From Camelus ferus (taxonomy: Eukaryota): a DNA stretch of 64,000 bases. The stretch covers positions 58,778,001-58,842,000 of the forward strand of contig NC_045697.1 in assembly GCF_009834535.1 (NCBI RefSeq). Reading direction: 5' to 3'. Of this stretch, positions 27,519 to 41,703 are shown one piece after another. The notes beneath the pieces were generated by a model. That model did not search any database and was not told where the DNA came from. It saw only the letters and a program-made list of their open reading frames with translations. The position numbers and the translations under genes were made by a program. Position 1 is the stretch's first letter. Each line of letters opens with the position of its first letter.

Positions 27519-30012
27519 GAATGGCCCTGCATATATTGACATTTTGACATAATGGACTTGAGAGGAACAAAAAGAAAAATAATATTTTCCCTATGCCTAA
27601 GAATATTAAAAGATTTTGATAAGTAGTTGTCACTTTTTAGTGAAATTGCTAATGCTGATTATATGCAAGCATACTTCACCTCTCTATCTCTTTAGTATTT
27701 ATTTTTTGACCCTTAAGAAATGAATTTGTAATCTAAAAGAAATAAAAGACTTTCTCTTTCAATGTATTAACGTAGTATTCTGTTCCCTGTGGTTAAAACC
27801 TTTCTTTTTCTTTCCATTGACAAGCAAATAACATCTTAGAAGAATAAACAGAACATTTGAATGTTTCCCTATATTCTTGCTAAAAGTCAAGAAAAAATAT
27901 GATATGCTATAATCGCATGACCATCTCACTATTACCTCTGTGAAATTATTTCTAGAGGATTTCTTTTCAACAAATACTAAGACTATGGTTATTCTTTTAA
28001 TCTGCCAGATCACTTACAGTATCAAACATTAAGTGGTATTTCTTCAAGGTTGGAAATAATGTTTCTCTGCCCATCACATCTGTTAAAGATCAGTTCTGAT
28101 ATAAGAAGATGACCTATCATGTCTAAATTTGAAATTGCATATCTTTTAAACTGTAGTTTGTTGACTTACCCATGAGCAATCTTTGGAAATAGGATCCATT
28201 AGAGATGAAGAATCAATGCACTACTCACATCAGTTTAAAATTAAGAGTGGATTTTAGGAATGTGGCACTTGTCTTAAAGAAAAGTACTAAGTTAGAGAGT
28301 CATTGGATCTATAATTAAATGTTTGCATAATAGATTTCCTTGCATGAAAAGTTAAATCAAGTAATTTTATAAAAAGAGGTATTAAGTATCACTTCTCTTG
28401 TTTTAACATGAAATACTCATAAAAATATAATTGATTCTGGTAGGTAGATTTCATACATATGTTCTAATTAGGACTCTCCTGGTATACCCTTATAATTTTG
28501 ACATAATATTAACACTGCCTACTTTGACCTTCAAAAATGTTTCTCCTTAGACAAAAATACATATTGCCCTACATATGACATATCTTTGGTAACTATTATA
28601 TATTTGTTATATTTCAGTTTCTTTTGGGGGGAAAGTTTACTGATGGTACCAAAAATAGCCATGTATAATTTATCCCAATTTTATTCTGTATATTAAAACC
28701 AGCCACTCATAGGAAATATTTAAAATTCATATCAGAAGCTGGAGGGTCCTAATTTGATATATTTGTTATCACAATATTACACATTTGAAAATAACATAGG
28801 GCATGCCAAAGGGAAGGAAGGATTAAGATATAACAATATTAGGTGAAGTTGCGTTGCATAATCAGGATTGTACAAATAAATACAGGAAAGAAAATTCAGA
28901 AGGAAGAATTCTAAAATACTCAAAATACAGAGAAACTGAACTAAATAATATGTAAAAGTATGAAACAATTCTTTAAAAATAATCCCATTTTGGGTGTTTT
29001 CCCCATGAACCATGTTTACTTTTGTAATTTTAAGAGCTATGCTATTAAATATTAATATCTACAAAAATTAATCAGGCACATTCCTACTCATAAATGACTT
29101 TATGAAACCTAGTAAAAGTTTTAAAATAGTCTTTAGGGTGTAGTCCAAAATAGTATATACAGCATATTGTACCTTGCTTATTAATGAGGTATTTGCACAA
29201 CTGTGCAGAGTTAGAATTTATTATTTCAGAAGGTATGGAATAACACATGAGTGTAGATTTCTCTGGGAATCCTGATGAGTAAATTTTAATTAATCTCAAT
29301 ATTAAACGATTTGGAACTCAGATATCTTTTTCCATGTAAAGTTGGCAAAAAGACTAACCAATAAGAATATTGCTGGAAGGATTTTCCTGCCTCATCCTTG
29401 CTGTGACTTCCTCTATACAGTTAACAGCGTCACAGTTGATAAGGCTTATCTACATAAACACAAACAAGTAAGTATTATAAGCATTCAAACAGAATGCTAA
29501 ACTGTAAAATGCAAAAAGAAAGAGACAATTTTAACACAAAAGAATAATTTTTTCCCTCTGAATCTTAAGCAAGAAACTACAAATGAGTTTATGGGTAAGT
29601 CAGGGAAATATTAATTTTCCAAAAAAGATAATAATTTTGTTTTTAAAACACTGTCATATGGTTGAGCTGATTGTATATCACTAACAATTTCCTCAGGTAT
29701 ATTTCAAATCTAAGTCATATCTTTATGCTACTGCATATATCAATGATTTAGATTACTCTCAATTAATAGTATAAATAAAAGGTATAGTAAACTCCATATA
29801 CCTATGATCTTGTAGGGTTTCCCATAAAAGACTTAACTCATGAAAAGAAGACAGATACATGTTTAAAAGATACTGGATGAAAAATTTCACCTCCTTCTCT
29901 TCATACACATATGGTAAAACATGTGAAAAGGCCAACGGAAGAGCCAGATAAATGAAAGAATAATTATGTGACAAATCTGAGGTGTTTGGCCCCTGTATAA
30001 CTAAGTTACACT

Positions 30013-30148
30013 TGGAAATTTATAAACAGTTATGTTTCTATATTTTTCAACTATGAAAATCAAAGATAATTTGTCCTGGCTGGAAATTTATAAACAGTTA
30101 TGTTTCTATATTTTTCAACTATGAAAATCAAAGATAATTTGTCCTGGC
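30013..30148. repeat. Perfect 2 x 68-bp tandem duplication
   Basis: tggaaatttataaacagttatgtttctatatttttcaactatgaaaatcaaagataatttgtcctggc occurs at 30013-30080 and 30081-30148. Confidence 0.97.
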
Positions 30149-31629
30149 TCATTTGGTTCATTCAGGCAACATCTTCTCAAATTACAAATAAGTGAAGGCA
30201 TACCATTCCTAATGACATCATGTCTGAGGGAAAACATTTCTAATAAGCCTATAATCATTCATTATTTTACTATCTGGCTCTGACCAAATGTAATTATGAA
30301 AACCTAGCTTTGACATAATTCCAGTTTGTGTTGCACAGTTATACCCCGATGGTCTTCAGCTCCTCCTTTCATTATTACCATCCAAAAGAACACTGGAACA
30401 TAAGTGCATGCTATGAATTTAAAAGTAAACTGAGATAAACCCTGACATTGTTGGGTCTGTGAACTTGAGAGATTGCTTACATTAATTAAGATCCTTGAAT
30501 GACTGAAATGCATTTTAAGCAGAAGATTAAATACAGCCTCATTCACTGACCTCTTGAAGTGATAACTGTCATTCATGATAATTCATATTTGTATCCCAGA
30601 TTCTAGAAGACACCAGTCAAATACAAGCTAACTCTCTTTTTTTCCGGATATTATTTGTTCAATTCACATAGTGTATTTTTAAGTGATCTAATTGAATTCA
30701 TGGAATTTTTATTAAAAAATCTAATTTATTCTCCTCTTTAATAATAATAATAAGATCCAACTGCACATGGCTAGCACTGAAACAACAAACCTCTAGACAG
30801 TGTACTTTAGTTTAACACAGTTCTTACCATTATTACCCTAAAGCCACAGTAGTTTGTCTTTACATCTCAATACACAAACACTGAGTGAGTCTGTAAAATG
30901 CTATTTTTCTTTGCCATTTTCATTTCTAATTTTGCCTCAGTTATTGTTTGTTTTCAGATTTTTGTTTTGTTTTGTTTTCTCAGTTTATTTATAATGCTGA
31001 CTCTGCCTAGGAGGTCTTATTATTATTTTCCTGTTTATACTTGTGAAACTGTCTACAGCTTTCCACAGCAAGGTAACGGGAACAATGTTTATGCTGTTAA
31101 CTTGATCAGTGGAAGAACAAAGGGCATCGTTAGGTGGTTTATGTCTGTTATGTTCAAGGACATCATCATAGCTGAAACAGAAGGAGTAAGACTGGGAGTA
31201 CAGAGACAAGATCTGAGAGGAAAACCTGTGTGGGCAAGTGTGGGAGGTGCATAATGGAAGCAGATTGTCCAATTTATTCCCTTTCTATGTAGGCCTGTAC
31301 TCATGTGGTAGAACCACTATTTTCCTAAGACAGAAGTTGGGACTTTATTATTTACCCCATATGTACCACATTCAATTAATGACAGATTTCACTCAACTCA
31401 GTCTCTCATTCTTTGTTTATTCTACAACTGCCCTAGATCAAGCCTCTCACATCTGGACAACTTGTTACACATGTCTACCTCCAGTATCTCCATTATACAC
31501 ATGCAGGCCTCCGTTATCTTTCCCCTTCAAATCAATCTTCATTATGCATCTAGACACAAACTCTCCTAATGGAGGAATTTACCATACGTCTTCACTTAAA
31601 ACCCTTCAGTGGGCCCTCTTCATAGTTAT

Positions 31630-32247
31630 TTCTATGGATAGATTTGTGTTCTTCCAAATCATATGTTGAGGCCCTAACCTCCAATGACTGTATTGGAGTT
31701 AGGAGCTTTAAAGAAGTAATTAAAATTAAATGAGGGGAAAGGATAGGAGGGATAATGTAGGGATTGAGGACTAACAGATATACCCTACTATACAGAAAAC
31801 AGATAAACAACAAGGACCACTGTATAGCACAGGGTACTATATTCAATACTTTGTAATAACATATGATGGAAAAGAATATGAAAAAAGATATATATAAATA
31901 TATATATATATTGTATAACTGAATCACTTTGCTATATACCTGAAACATTGTAAATAAACTACATTGCAATAAATAAAAATTAGATGAGCCATAAGGTATG
32001 CCCTAATCTAACAGGACTGTGTTTTTATACAAAAAGGAAGAGACCAAGGTTGCCCATCCACAGAGAAAAGGCCATGTAGGAAACAAAGTCATCTAAAAGT
32101 CAAGGAGAGAGACCTCAGGAGAAAGCAAATCTCTCAACACCTCGATCTTAGAATTCTAGCTTCCAGAACTGTGAGAACTTAAATATCTGTTGTTTAAGTC
32201 ACATGGTCTGTGCCATTTTGTTATGGAAGCCCTAGCAAACTACTACA
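31630..32247 (+). mobile_element. MaLR solo LTR (MLT1A0-like) with 5-bp TSD, split by an L1
   Basis: Runs ttctatgga...atatgttgaggccctaacctccaatg...ccctagcaaactactaca. TSD gttat at 31625-31629 and 32248-32252. Confidence 0.87.
31735..31975 (+). mobile_element. 5'-truncated L1 3'UTR nested in the LTR
   Basis: Contains aaacaacaaggaccactgtatagcacagggtactatattcaata...gaatcactttgctatatacctgaaac. TSD aaaatta(a/g)atgag at 31722-31734 and 31976-31988. Confidence 0.9.
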
Positions 32248-35067
32248 GTTATTATAAAATCCAATATTCTGAATATGATCATCAAGGTCATCATTTTTCC
32301 TCTATGTAACTCATCTTTTCCTAGTCCTTGATCTATACTTTAACTTCCAGTGTCACTGAACTGCATTAGTACCCTCACTTCCGTGCAATCCCAAATCTCT
32401 CCTTTCAGTCCACGCTTACTCCTTAGCCTTCAGTGCCCTTCTGATGCCTTTGTTACGCACACTTCAAGACTTAGCTAAGATTCCACCCCTTATGTTTCCG
32501 GTCCACTTCAGGCTACATTAGGAGCCCTTTCATTTAGTCATTTAGTTATCTGTATCACTCTCACTGCATCTACTACATTTTATTCAATGCAATTGCTTAT
32601 GTAATCCTCTCCATTAAAACTCCTTATAGTGAGGAACCATACTCATCATGTTTAAGTTCCTGGAACTTAGCAGGACTCATGGCACAGCAGTGTAAGTGGA
32701 AGCATCTTTAGTAATAGCTCATCTCTATGGTTAATTTAAGTACATTTATGCTGTCAAGCCTGGACTTTGCTCAGCATCAGCTCTCAATACTCATTTCATA
32801 TATATAACCTTTCAATAAAGATCTATGGCAATATAGAGACTCTGAGTATTTTTTGGCTGTTTGAAAAGTAAAACTCGTATTCTTTTGTATTAAAGTAATT
32901 TTACTGACAAAACCAAACAGCCTTTTGGTTTCTTTTAGGCTTTTACTTTGAAATGAAGGGTCTTAAACTATCCATAATATAACCATATCCCTAGACTATA
33001 AGCAGAACTACTTGTTCATCACAGTTTTGATACAGAATATGGAATGATTAACGAAAGTATATATTCTTGCATTTATTATGACTGACTCAACTGGAGCTGC
33101 CAGATACTTCTAAGAAGTAGCATCACACTGTATGTTTTATTCTTGCAGACACAGGTTTGCTGTCGACATTTCTTATGAAACATTGTTTTCTCTTACGAAA
33201 CAAAATTAACAATCTTCTTTACTCAATGCATATGCACAGAAGCTGAAAAAGATTACTTTCTGAAGCTCCAAATTCTGCAAAATTTACTTCCTGGTTTCCT
33301 TCCTCCCCCACTCTGACTTTAGTGGATCCTTTATTCCACATTATGTTTTACAAACCAAAGCATCTTGTCACAAAGAACCACAGTCAAGGCAAGAAGCTAA
33401 GAGAAAAGTCTGGACAAAGTCTTGCTGAAGTGGTAGAAGAAACTAAAATGCCCTCAATAAACTGTAGTTTCTTGCACTAATCTTCCGCGAACCCGATGAC
33501 CCAAGTAGTAGATAATCCAAGTCATTTTCATTTGGTTTAGCATATATCACTTTATCTTTTTTGACAACATGTGTACCCTAAAGGTTGTTTATTTTGGCCT
33601 AACATTAAAATGATTTACATTCTCTGATAGGGGACATGGCAACAGTGAAGGATGGTACAAATAAGCTAAAGACTGGCTCTTGTGAACACTAGTTCTGGAC
33701 CAGATGCACACAGGCCAAAGGGAGTTACATATCTGACCCTTCCCTATACACACCACCCTTTTCTACACTCTATCCTCAGGGTGAGAAAAGCTCCATTATC
33801 TCCCTCCATTTCTGGCTTAGACACTTTAGCCAGGTAACAAGGCTGACAAGTTCGAAGTGGTTAATTAGTAACATTCTTGAAGGCCAGGGCTTTAGATAGA
33901 AATACTTTTTTTCTTTTTTATAGTATCTGGACTCTCTCCTTTCTTGTCTTTTCATAGTAATACAACTTTAAAGGCTTCCCAAAAACCTGAATAATTAACT
34001 TTTGATTTCCATTTTAGTGCACAGTAGTTTTTTCCTATAATGAAAATGTTTCCTAATTTTTGGTAGATTAATGGGCTTCATGTGTTTATAATATAATTTT
34101 TATTTATTTTTTTCTATTCTGACTGAAATGGAAAATAGTTTTCAAATGTTTGGTTGCTGATAAAAGCAATATATATTTATTTTCTGTTACAAATGAATCA
34201 TACCATTTACTATAAAACATCTAGCAATGTTTCATTTAGTACATGTGTTAAGAGATGTTAGGATGCTGTAAAAACTGCAGCAATTATTGTCATGAACATA
34301 TGGAATTGTTTTATCAAATTTTAAAGTGTAATTTAAAGTAGACAAATGGGAAGACAGGCTCATTTGATATTTTGCATTGTTTTAAGACTTTTTTTTCCTG
34401 GTAAGTCATAATATGCAATTTTAAACATTTAATTTTTTCCATATGGAATTCACTAGTTATTTCATTCCAAGAGTAAGATGTGATGGTTCTCCTCTTTTTA
34501 CCTTTTATGAACATTTTATTTCAGAATAAAAATACCACTGATTTTTTTTTTAAATTTAAGGAATCTTGGAGGTTGTAGTTAGGAGGAAGCCTGGCCAGTG
34601 CTTCCCACATCCAGTTTCTTTCTAGTTGCACCTCCAACAAGCTGGAGTGCAGAGCTGGCAGTGACAGAAAGGAGGGACCAGGTCTTGGTTAGAAGCATCA
34701 GCACACACTCAGGGGTGAGTACCAGCCCAAGGCTTCACTGCTAGGCTCCTCAGATCAGTGACAAAAAGAGGAGGAGAATTTGCAAACGCCTTATGTAAAA
34801 CTTGTAACAAAACAACAACAACAACAAAAAAGAATTTGAATTCAACTTTAATTCCTGCCAAATATCTCTTCTTTAATGTAGGACCTCCAATCAGATGACA
34901 AGGCGTTCCCGTGCTCTATGTGCTGTGAGACTGAAACAGAGGCACTGCTTTTCTTTCAAAATTGGAGTGCTCCACTGTGGGAACACTGTTTGTCTTCTTT
35001 GGCTTGGTTTGGTTCTGTCGAGGGGAAGTGGTACTGCAGAGACCTGAAAGATTCTGAGTCTTTGTGA

Positions 35068-36443
35068 TTGGCATTGTTAATTACAGTAAAGGGAAAACCA
35101 GTTTGTGATATGCCACATAAAATTCTGAATTACTTTCGTAAGGGAAGGAGAGTTTTGATTATCTCCCTGCATTTATTTCTCTTGTTTTCTGTCAAGAACA
35201 GAGTTTCCTCTGTTGAGCATTGTTATTTTTAGGCATGTGCCTCCCCCAGGATCAGAACCATTCTTAGTCATTAGTGCCATTAAACCAAAGGCCAGAGGTC
35301 AGGCAAAAGGGGGCGGGAAGGGAGACTAAGAGGAATGGGAGTTAGATTCGTTTTTCAAACGGCTGCTGTTTCCTGTTCAGTTTTTTCTTCTGAAAATATT
35401 CTAAGTGCTGAGAGATGACTACTTATCCCCAAACCTATGGGCATATGTGAAAGAGCCTACTTAAACAATCCTTGTCCTAGTTTTACGGGGAAGGGTCTTC
35501 ACAAGCCAAGGCAAAATCTGATCCTCTTTAGGCTTGTGGAATTTCTAACTACAAGAAAATGCGTAATGTATATTTGAAAAGAGCCCTGAAGTTTTCTAAG
35601 CTCCTAGACTAGATTCTCCAAGAGGTATTTCCTTACAAGAGAACTTCCTATCATTTTCAGTAATAGCAAACTTTGTATTCAAACCCTTCCTTCTGACACT
35701 TAATAGTTTCTATTCCACAATTTCGCCTGCTGGGTTTAAAACTGAAGCTGGCTTCCCACTGTGCTGGTTACTTCATTAAGAAGAAAATGCTGGAGTGATG
35801 ACATTGCCTATAATCCTTCTGAAAATTCTCTGTTAATTACTAACGTAAACAGTGTGTGGGTGACTATTCCTTATGTGGCCTATCTAGATGTTTCAAACAA
35901 CACTGACAGAATAAAATGACACTGGTGAGATGAAACTCACAAGGATAGGCCTTCCTTAAAAAATTTATGAAGATTATTGCTTGAAATATCATACATAAAT
36001 AGAAGAGAGAAAATCTACAAAATCTTATCATTCAATATCATTCAATTCAAGACTAAAGGAATGGTTTGTGGATACATTCCCAAGCCACACTTCTTGTCAA
36101 GTTAGTGACATTTTTATGGCTCAAAATATAGCCTCTTTAAGTATACAGATGAACTTTTAAGTGGGAAGTAAATGCTTTCAAGAAATAATAATAGCTTTGT
36201 TTGTATCTGTAATATATTATACAGTATTACATTTGGCATGATTCTTTCTAAAGGGTAAGTTATTTTGTGATATTCCACATAAAATTTTGAATTGCCTTTG
36301 GAGTAAGGGTGGATAGTTTTCATTATCTCCCCAGTATCTATTTCACTCATTTTCTATCAGGAATATATATATATAAAACTTTGGTGAGCATTGTTCCATC
36401 ATTTTGAGGCATGTGCTTTACCTGAAATTGGAACAGTTCTTAG
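35068..36443. repeat. Diverged direct repeat pair (about 35068-35267 and 36233-36443)
   Basis: Shared colinear blocks: tttgtgatat.ccacataaaatt.tgaatt, gtaaggg, agtttt.attatctccc, tgagcattgtt, aggcatgtgc, gaac..ttcttag. Confidence 0.85.
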
Positions 36444-39400
36444 CTTCAGAGAGAACTTTAGTAAGAGTGATGACATTCTTACATAGGACTATACAACAAG
36501 GAATGGGGTAGGGAAAAGAGACTATACATACTACAGAAATGAGGCCTGAGGTCCCAGAATTTAAAGAAATGAAAGCCCCACAAAAATTTTTTTAAAAAAA
36601 ACTTCCTGGTTTCAAAGGAAAAATTCATGTGCTTTAAGGATTTTTCCCAGAACCAAAAGTCTCTATCCAAAGATCATAATATGAAGTTGATATATTGCTA
36701 AAGAAGTTGATGTATTGCTAAAGACATAATGGAGACAGATTCTTTCTGAGACAGAAATTCTTTAAATACTTCACTTTTGACTTATATAGGAAAACAAACA
36801 CCAAAATCCTGATTGACACCTCTAATTCAACAACAGAGGATAAAACAAAAATATGAATCTCTAGTAATAATAATAGTAACTACTTTAGCATTGTGCTATT
36901 ATACACGTGAAAAAACAGATTTTTCTATCCTCAGTATGATCCTTCAAGGCAAGTATTTTACCTCTAACTTGCTCATAGAAGCAATGTGCACCAGGACACA
37001 TGGCTTGGATTTCAAATCAAAGTCTGCTGTAAAGATTGCAAAGCACATGCTCTGAACCTATAAGGGGAGATGTAAGTATCTAAGGAGGAAGGAGTTGGTT
37101 TCTAAACCTCTTCCTAAAACTAATATAATTTTGGAACTCTAAGACATGTTTTCCTTAAAAAATCTCTATATCACTGTTGAATATCTCATTTCCAGTTTGT
37201 TTCCTCTTTAATCAGGAAATTTCATTTTGAATTATAGTCTAAGAATTTAAACTAAGTTTTTTCATGTTGCCAATAAATGAAAGACATACAATATCAAATG
37301 AGTCAGTCCGCTTTCCAAATAAACTAGTTATGAAAATAGATTAATTAATATATAAAGGCTCAGGATCACATTTAACTTTGGATGAATCATTTTATCTGTT
37401 TGAGCATCATTACTATCAATACTAAAATAAAATGTCTTATCTTCCTGATATAAATAATAAATTTTTAAAAATAAAACAATGAAATAAATGGATGAGAAAC
37501 ATGTTCCTCTACTTCTTAATAAATGAGAGGAAAAGTAAACCTTTTGAAATCTTGAACCATTAGATAACAATATAACTATATGATTCCAGTGTAAATACAT
37601 TTTTTTAATGGAATTAATCAGCATCCTAGAAATACACATCATAAATGCTCTATACACTTATATCTCAGATATTCTCATTTATTTGTATTTGTATACATGT
37701 TGTATACACAGGTATACCAACACTGCTGGCATAAATAGTTTCAAAGCTGCCACGCTAGGGGTACACTGAGTTCATGCTATAGAACATGTTCTTCCATTGT
37801 TTCCCACGAGAAATTGTGACACAACAGACTAGAGGATTCTAGCAGGTAAGATGTATGTTGTAGCTTCTTTTTGTCATTTGTTGCTGACATCATTTTATAA
37901 TGCAATTACAGCTTGATATCAAATATGTATTCAACTACATCACATGGATACTTATCTTTTCCTTCATGTGTAATGATGCAACATTTTAGACAGGTTATAT
38001 ACTTCACATCTTACAGAGACAAATTTTTTTCCTGTTAGTTTGCAGATGGAGCTCATATTCCTTTCCAATATCCATGTGGGCTTGTGCTGCTTTTAATAAT
38101 TTATACTTTTTCACTTCTATAACTTTCACTGAAAGATTACACATAATTTTTGTTATAGTTGTAGGGTTTTTTTTTAAAATGTCACAGCAGGGAAATGCTC
38201 TTGGAGGAAATAATTTAATGTAAGTCATTTGAAGGACTCTACCCTTTTTTTCCCCCCAAGAATTGAACTTGGAAAGTAATTCAGAATCCTATCTCCTCAG
38301 GCAAGGATGATCTACTTGAATTCCTTGGAAAGGTGAAAGGCCTTTTATTATGACAAATTTTGCAGAGACTAATTTGTGAAAAAGGAGTGCATTTTTGTGA
38401 ACCTAATTTCTAAAATACATAGAGAAATAATTCACACTGTCTAGATGGTTATAAATGATAAAACTAGTCATAGATATTTTACACCATACTCTAAAGAAAA
38501 GACAAATATTTGTGGTTTGAGGGGAGAATTAAGATAGTAAAAAACAGTATCTAAATAAAGTTAGAACCATGCAGATATAACATATATCAGAGTCACATAT
38601 ATAACATATTCTTATGTAACAGAAATGCCCAAGGATGTAGCACACAGCTAGGCCAGGTAGGCTTTATGGGTATAATTATGAAAGAGAACAAAAAAATACT
38701 ATTGCCATGAAATTAAAAAGTAAGTATTAATAAATCAACAGATAATATTAGAATATTATCTTTAATAAGATGTTCATATTGGTAGAGGACTGCTGTAAAT
38801 CTTTCACATAAAATTACTACACTATATTTGATGAGTAAATTCAAATCTCCAGGAGTACACTTATTAAATATAAAACATACAGCATTGTTTAGATGACCAG
38901 TGGTGAAGATCTGGGAACATCAAAGTATCTCTAAATAATTCAGCAACATCAACAATTCTATCTGAAAAGGTTCTTTTTAAGTTCAGTTGTCACCTACTTC
39001 CCTTCAAGCCCATAACCATCAAGTTCCTCCTTTTGTAACAATCATCTCCATCTCTTCTTATCTTTTTTTATTACTTTTGAAATATTTTCTCTGTTTATAT
39101 TTTAATATTTTTGTAGGCTTGAATTCTTTTCCAAATATTACTTCCTCAATACACTAACAAGTCTAAGAAACGGCTCCAAATGTTTATTTTCATAGTACTA
39201 ATAGCTCTGGGTACTAGCAGTTTTGGAAAGACCTCAAGTCTTTTTGAGCCAAAGTACCGAAACATATATTTATAAATCGAAATCAGTCCATATGCATGAA
39301 AAAACATGTTTTGCTCTTACCATTTGGTAAACCTAGTTACAAATAAACATGATTTACATATCTTTCTGCAACAAATATGACAAAGTAAATATCTAATTTT

Positions 39401-40404
39401 ATAGAAACTGGTATCAATTAATGTAATTTTTCATATTAACAAATATTAGAGTAATGGTTATCCCCCAACAATTTGAGAAATACCATTTTTTCCCTATAGT
39501 GAAACTATAATCACATCAACACATCATGGGAAAGTTCAAAATGCTTTACATAGAGTGACTTCATAACTATACTTCATTTGGTCATAGTCTTAATAATAAA
39601 GAAATAATAAATCAGTTAAAGCTTGTGTCTAACAGAGTATTCAGGGAAGCAAATTTACAATATATTTCAGCATAATCTGGCAGGAAATGGAAAATACTAA
39701 ACAAGAATAAACTGAGATCTATACTAAAATGAAGTTACCATATGTGGTAAAAATAAAGATCCACTTTCATTTTTATAACTATTACCAATAGCTTTGTGGA
39801 GATGTATGCTGTCTAAATTTCTCATTATATAAAGCATTAGAAATTTTGAAGCACACTGTTATTTATATTCAAGTTTGATTAAGAAAGGCTGGTATAATAC
39901 ATTTTCTCATTTACAAATATTTCAAAGTATTCATGTGATATATTAAGTTTTTAACTCATGAGCCCTCACTGTCTAAAGTTTGCACATTAAGTGCTATCAG
40001 TTTTCTTTTATTTCCATATAACTATGCAAATTTAAACTTATTTTCCAATATTATCAGTAACTTCTCTTTTACTGAAATATTCCAATAGATAATTGTGTCT
40101 CTATAAACTCCAAAATGTTAAAAGCAATAGTAAAATCTGTAAATCAGTAAATTTTACCACAAGTACTTGAGTGATTTTTTTCTGAAAACTTATCCAAAGG
40201 CAGAAAATAAATGCCGTATAATTTAATAAGCTTCATGCCAGGTTTTCATTATGTCACTAATAGTGTATGTACAGCGTGTGGCTTGGCACGCACACATGCA
40301 CATGTGTGTATTTTCTTTTCAGTAATAGTGACTGATCCATACTTGTTTCCTGGGATAGTCCTTTTACTAAAAATAGTGCATATTTTAGACAAATGACACC
40401 AGGT

Positions 40405-40650
40405 GATTGACTGTAGTAGTTACTGTGAATTTTGGAGCTGGATTGCCTAGGTTAAATTTGCAGCTTTGCCATTTAACTGTGTAACTTGGATATGTTAATT
40501 AAACTCTCTATGCTTTAGTTCCCCCATCAGTAAAGGAATGACGGTGGTATCCATTTCATGGGAATGAGGGAAGAATTAAAGAGTTAATTCATATAAAGTC
40601 CCTAAAACACCGTATCACTCATACAAAGTTCTCAATTAATATTGCTTATA
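40405..40650 (+). mobile_element. MIR SINE
   Basis: Contains ttggagctggattgcctaggttaaat...ctctctatgctttagttcccccatcagtaaa...aattaaagagttaattcatataaagt. Confidence 0.8.
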
Positions 40651-40968
40651 TATGGTTATAGCTGGTAACATTTAGTAATACAATCAGCTCTGTTCTATCA
40701 ACGCATGTTTTTTCAAGAAGCATTGATTACCCGAAACACTTTATAAACGTAATTGATTCAAATAAAAAAGGAGTTGAAGACTGGAGAGTTTAAGATTCAC
40801 AGTAATCGAATTATTTCTATCAAAAATTTCAATAATAAAAATTTTGTATAGCTATAGTTGAATATTAATAACACTTGAGCCAAACAAACCCAATATATGG
40901 TTGAGTGTTTCAATGAGAGGAAATGAGTTTCTTTTCCCACCATCATGATCATGATAAGGAGCCCTGTT

Positions 40969-41133
40969 GTTTTTTTTTTTTAATTTATTTATTTTAATAT
41001 TTTTTTTTTTTGGCTGGGGAGGGACATAATTAGGTTTATTTATTTATTTATTTTAGGGGAGGTACTGGGGATTGAACCCAGGACCTCATGCATGCTAAGC
41101 ATGCGCTCTACCACTTCAGCTATACCCGCCCCC
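40969..41133 (-). mobile_element. Young tRNA-derived SINE of camelid (vic-1-like) type with TSD
   Basis: Minus strand gggggcgggtatagctgaagtggtagagcgcatgcttagcatgcatgaggtcctgggttcaatccccagtacc (A and B boxes), then aaacctaatta and an A-rich tail. TSD aggagccctgtt at 40957-40968 and 41134-41145. Confidence 0.9.
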
Positions 41134-41703
41134 AGGAGCCCTGTTCTTAATCTTAACACTTTATTATTTTATCATGCTTGCTACAATAAACAAAATTCCA
41201 AGCGCCTCAAATAAGGCAGTATATTGGCTTTAAAATAAGTTCTTCACTAAGTTAATTTCTGTGCTTTAATTCCGTGTTGATATAATGGGAGTGATAATGA
41301 TATATATTTCTCAGTGTTATTGAGAGGAATAAATGAGATAACAAAAGGTAAATTCATCACCAGAGTTTACAGTAAATAAAAAGCACACAATAAATGTTAA
41401 CAGGTATTATTGCAAACAATAACAACTTAATATGCTTCCTACTTATTCAAGAGCATAATATACTAGATAGTAAAATTCTAGCTAAAGGTAAAATCAGTAA
41501 GCAAGGAAAGGATATTTTCCCAAAGATAAAACTAAATGGCTATACTGATCAATTTTATAAGGCAGGTTTCATTAAAATCCTCTTCTTATTTGACCAACAG
41601 ATTGAATTATATAAAATGTGAACAATTTGAATATTTCACTTGCTTTTTCTTATCTACTAAAAAAGTAAAAAGATCTTTCCTTGTGACAAAAATTACTCTT
41701 AGT

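Noticed and set aside
30013..30148. CRISPR-like or other array
   Set aside because: Only two abutting copies with no spacers, in eukaryotic DNA.
30898..31969. Cluster of 95-143 aa ORFs
   Set aside because: Low-complexity translations over L2/LTR/L1 debris and T-rich sequence, with no protein family resemblance.
37749..37770. CTCF-like motif gccacgctaggggtacactg
   Set aside because: It needs a gap or mismatches in the core; not supportable from sequence alone.
41060..41133. tRNA-like sequence (also at about 63445-63527)
   Set aside because: These are SINE heads with tail and TSD, not tRNA genes.
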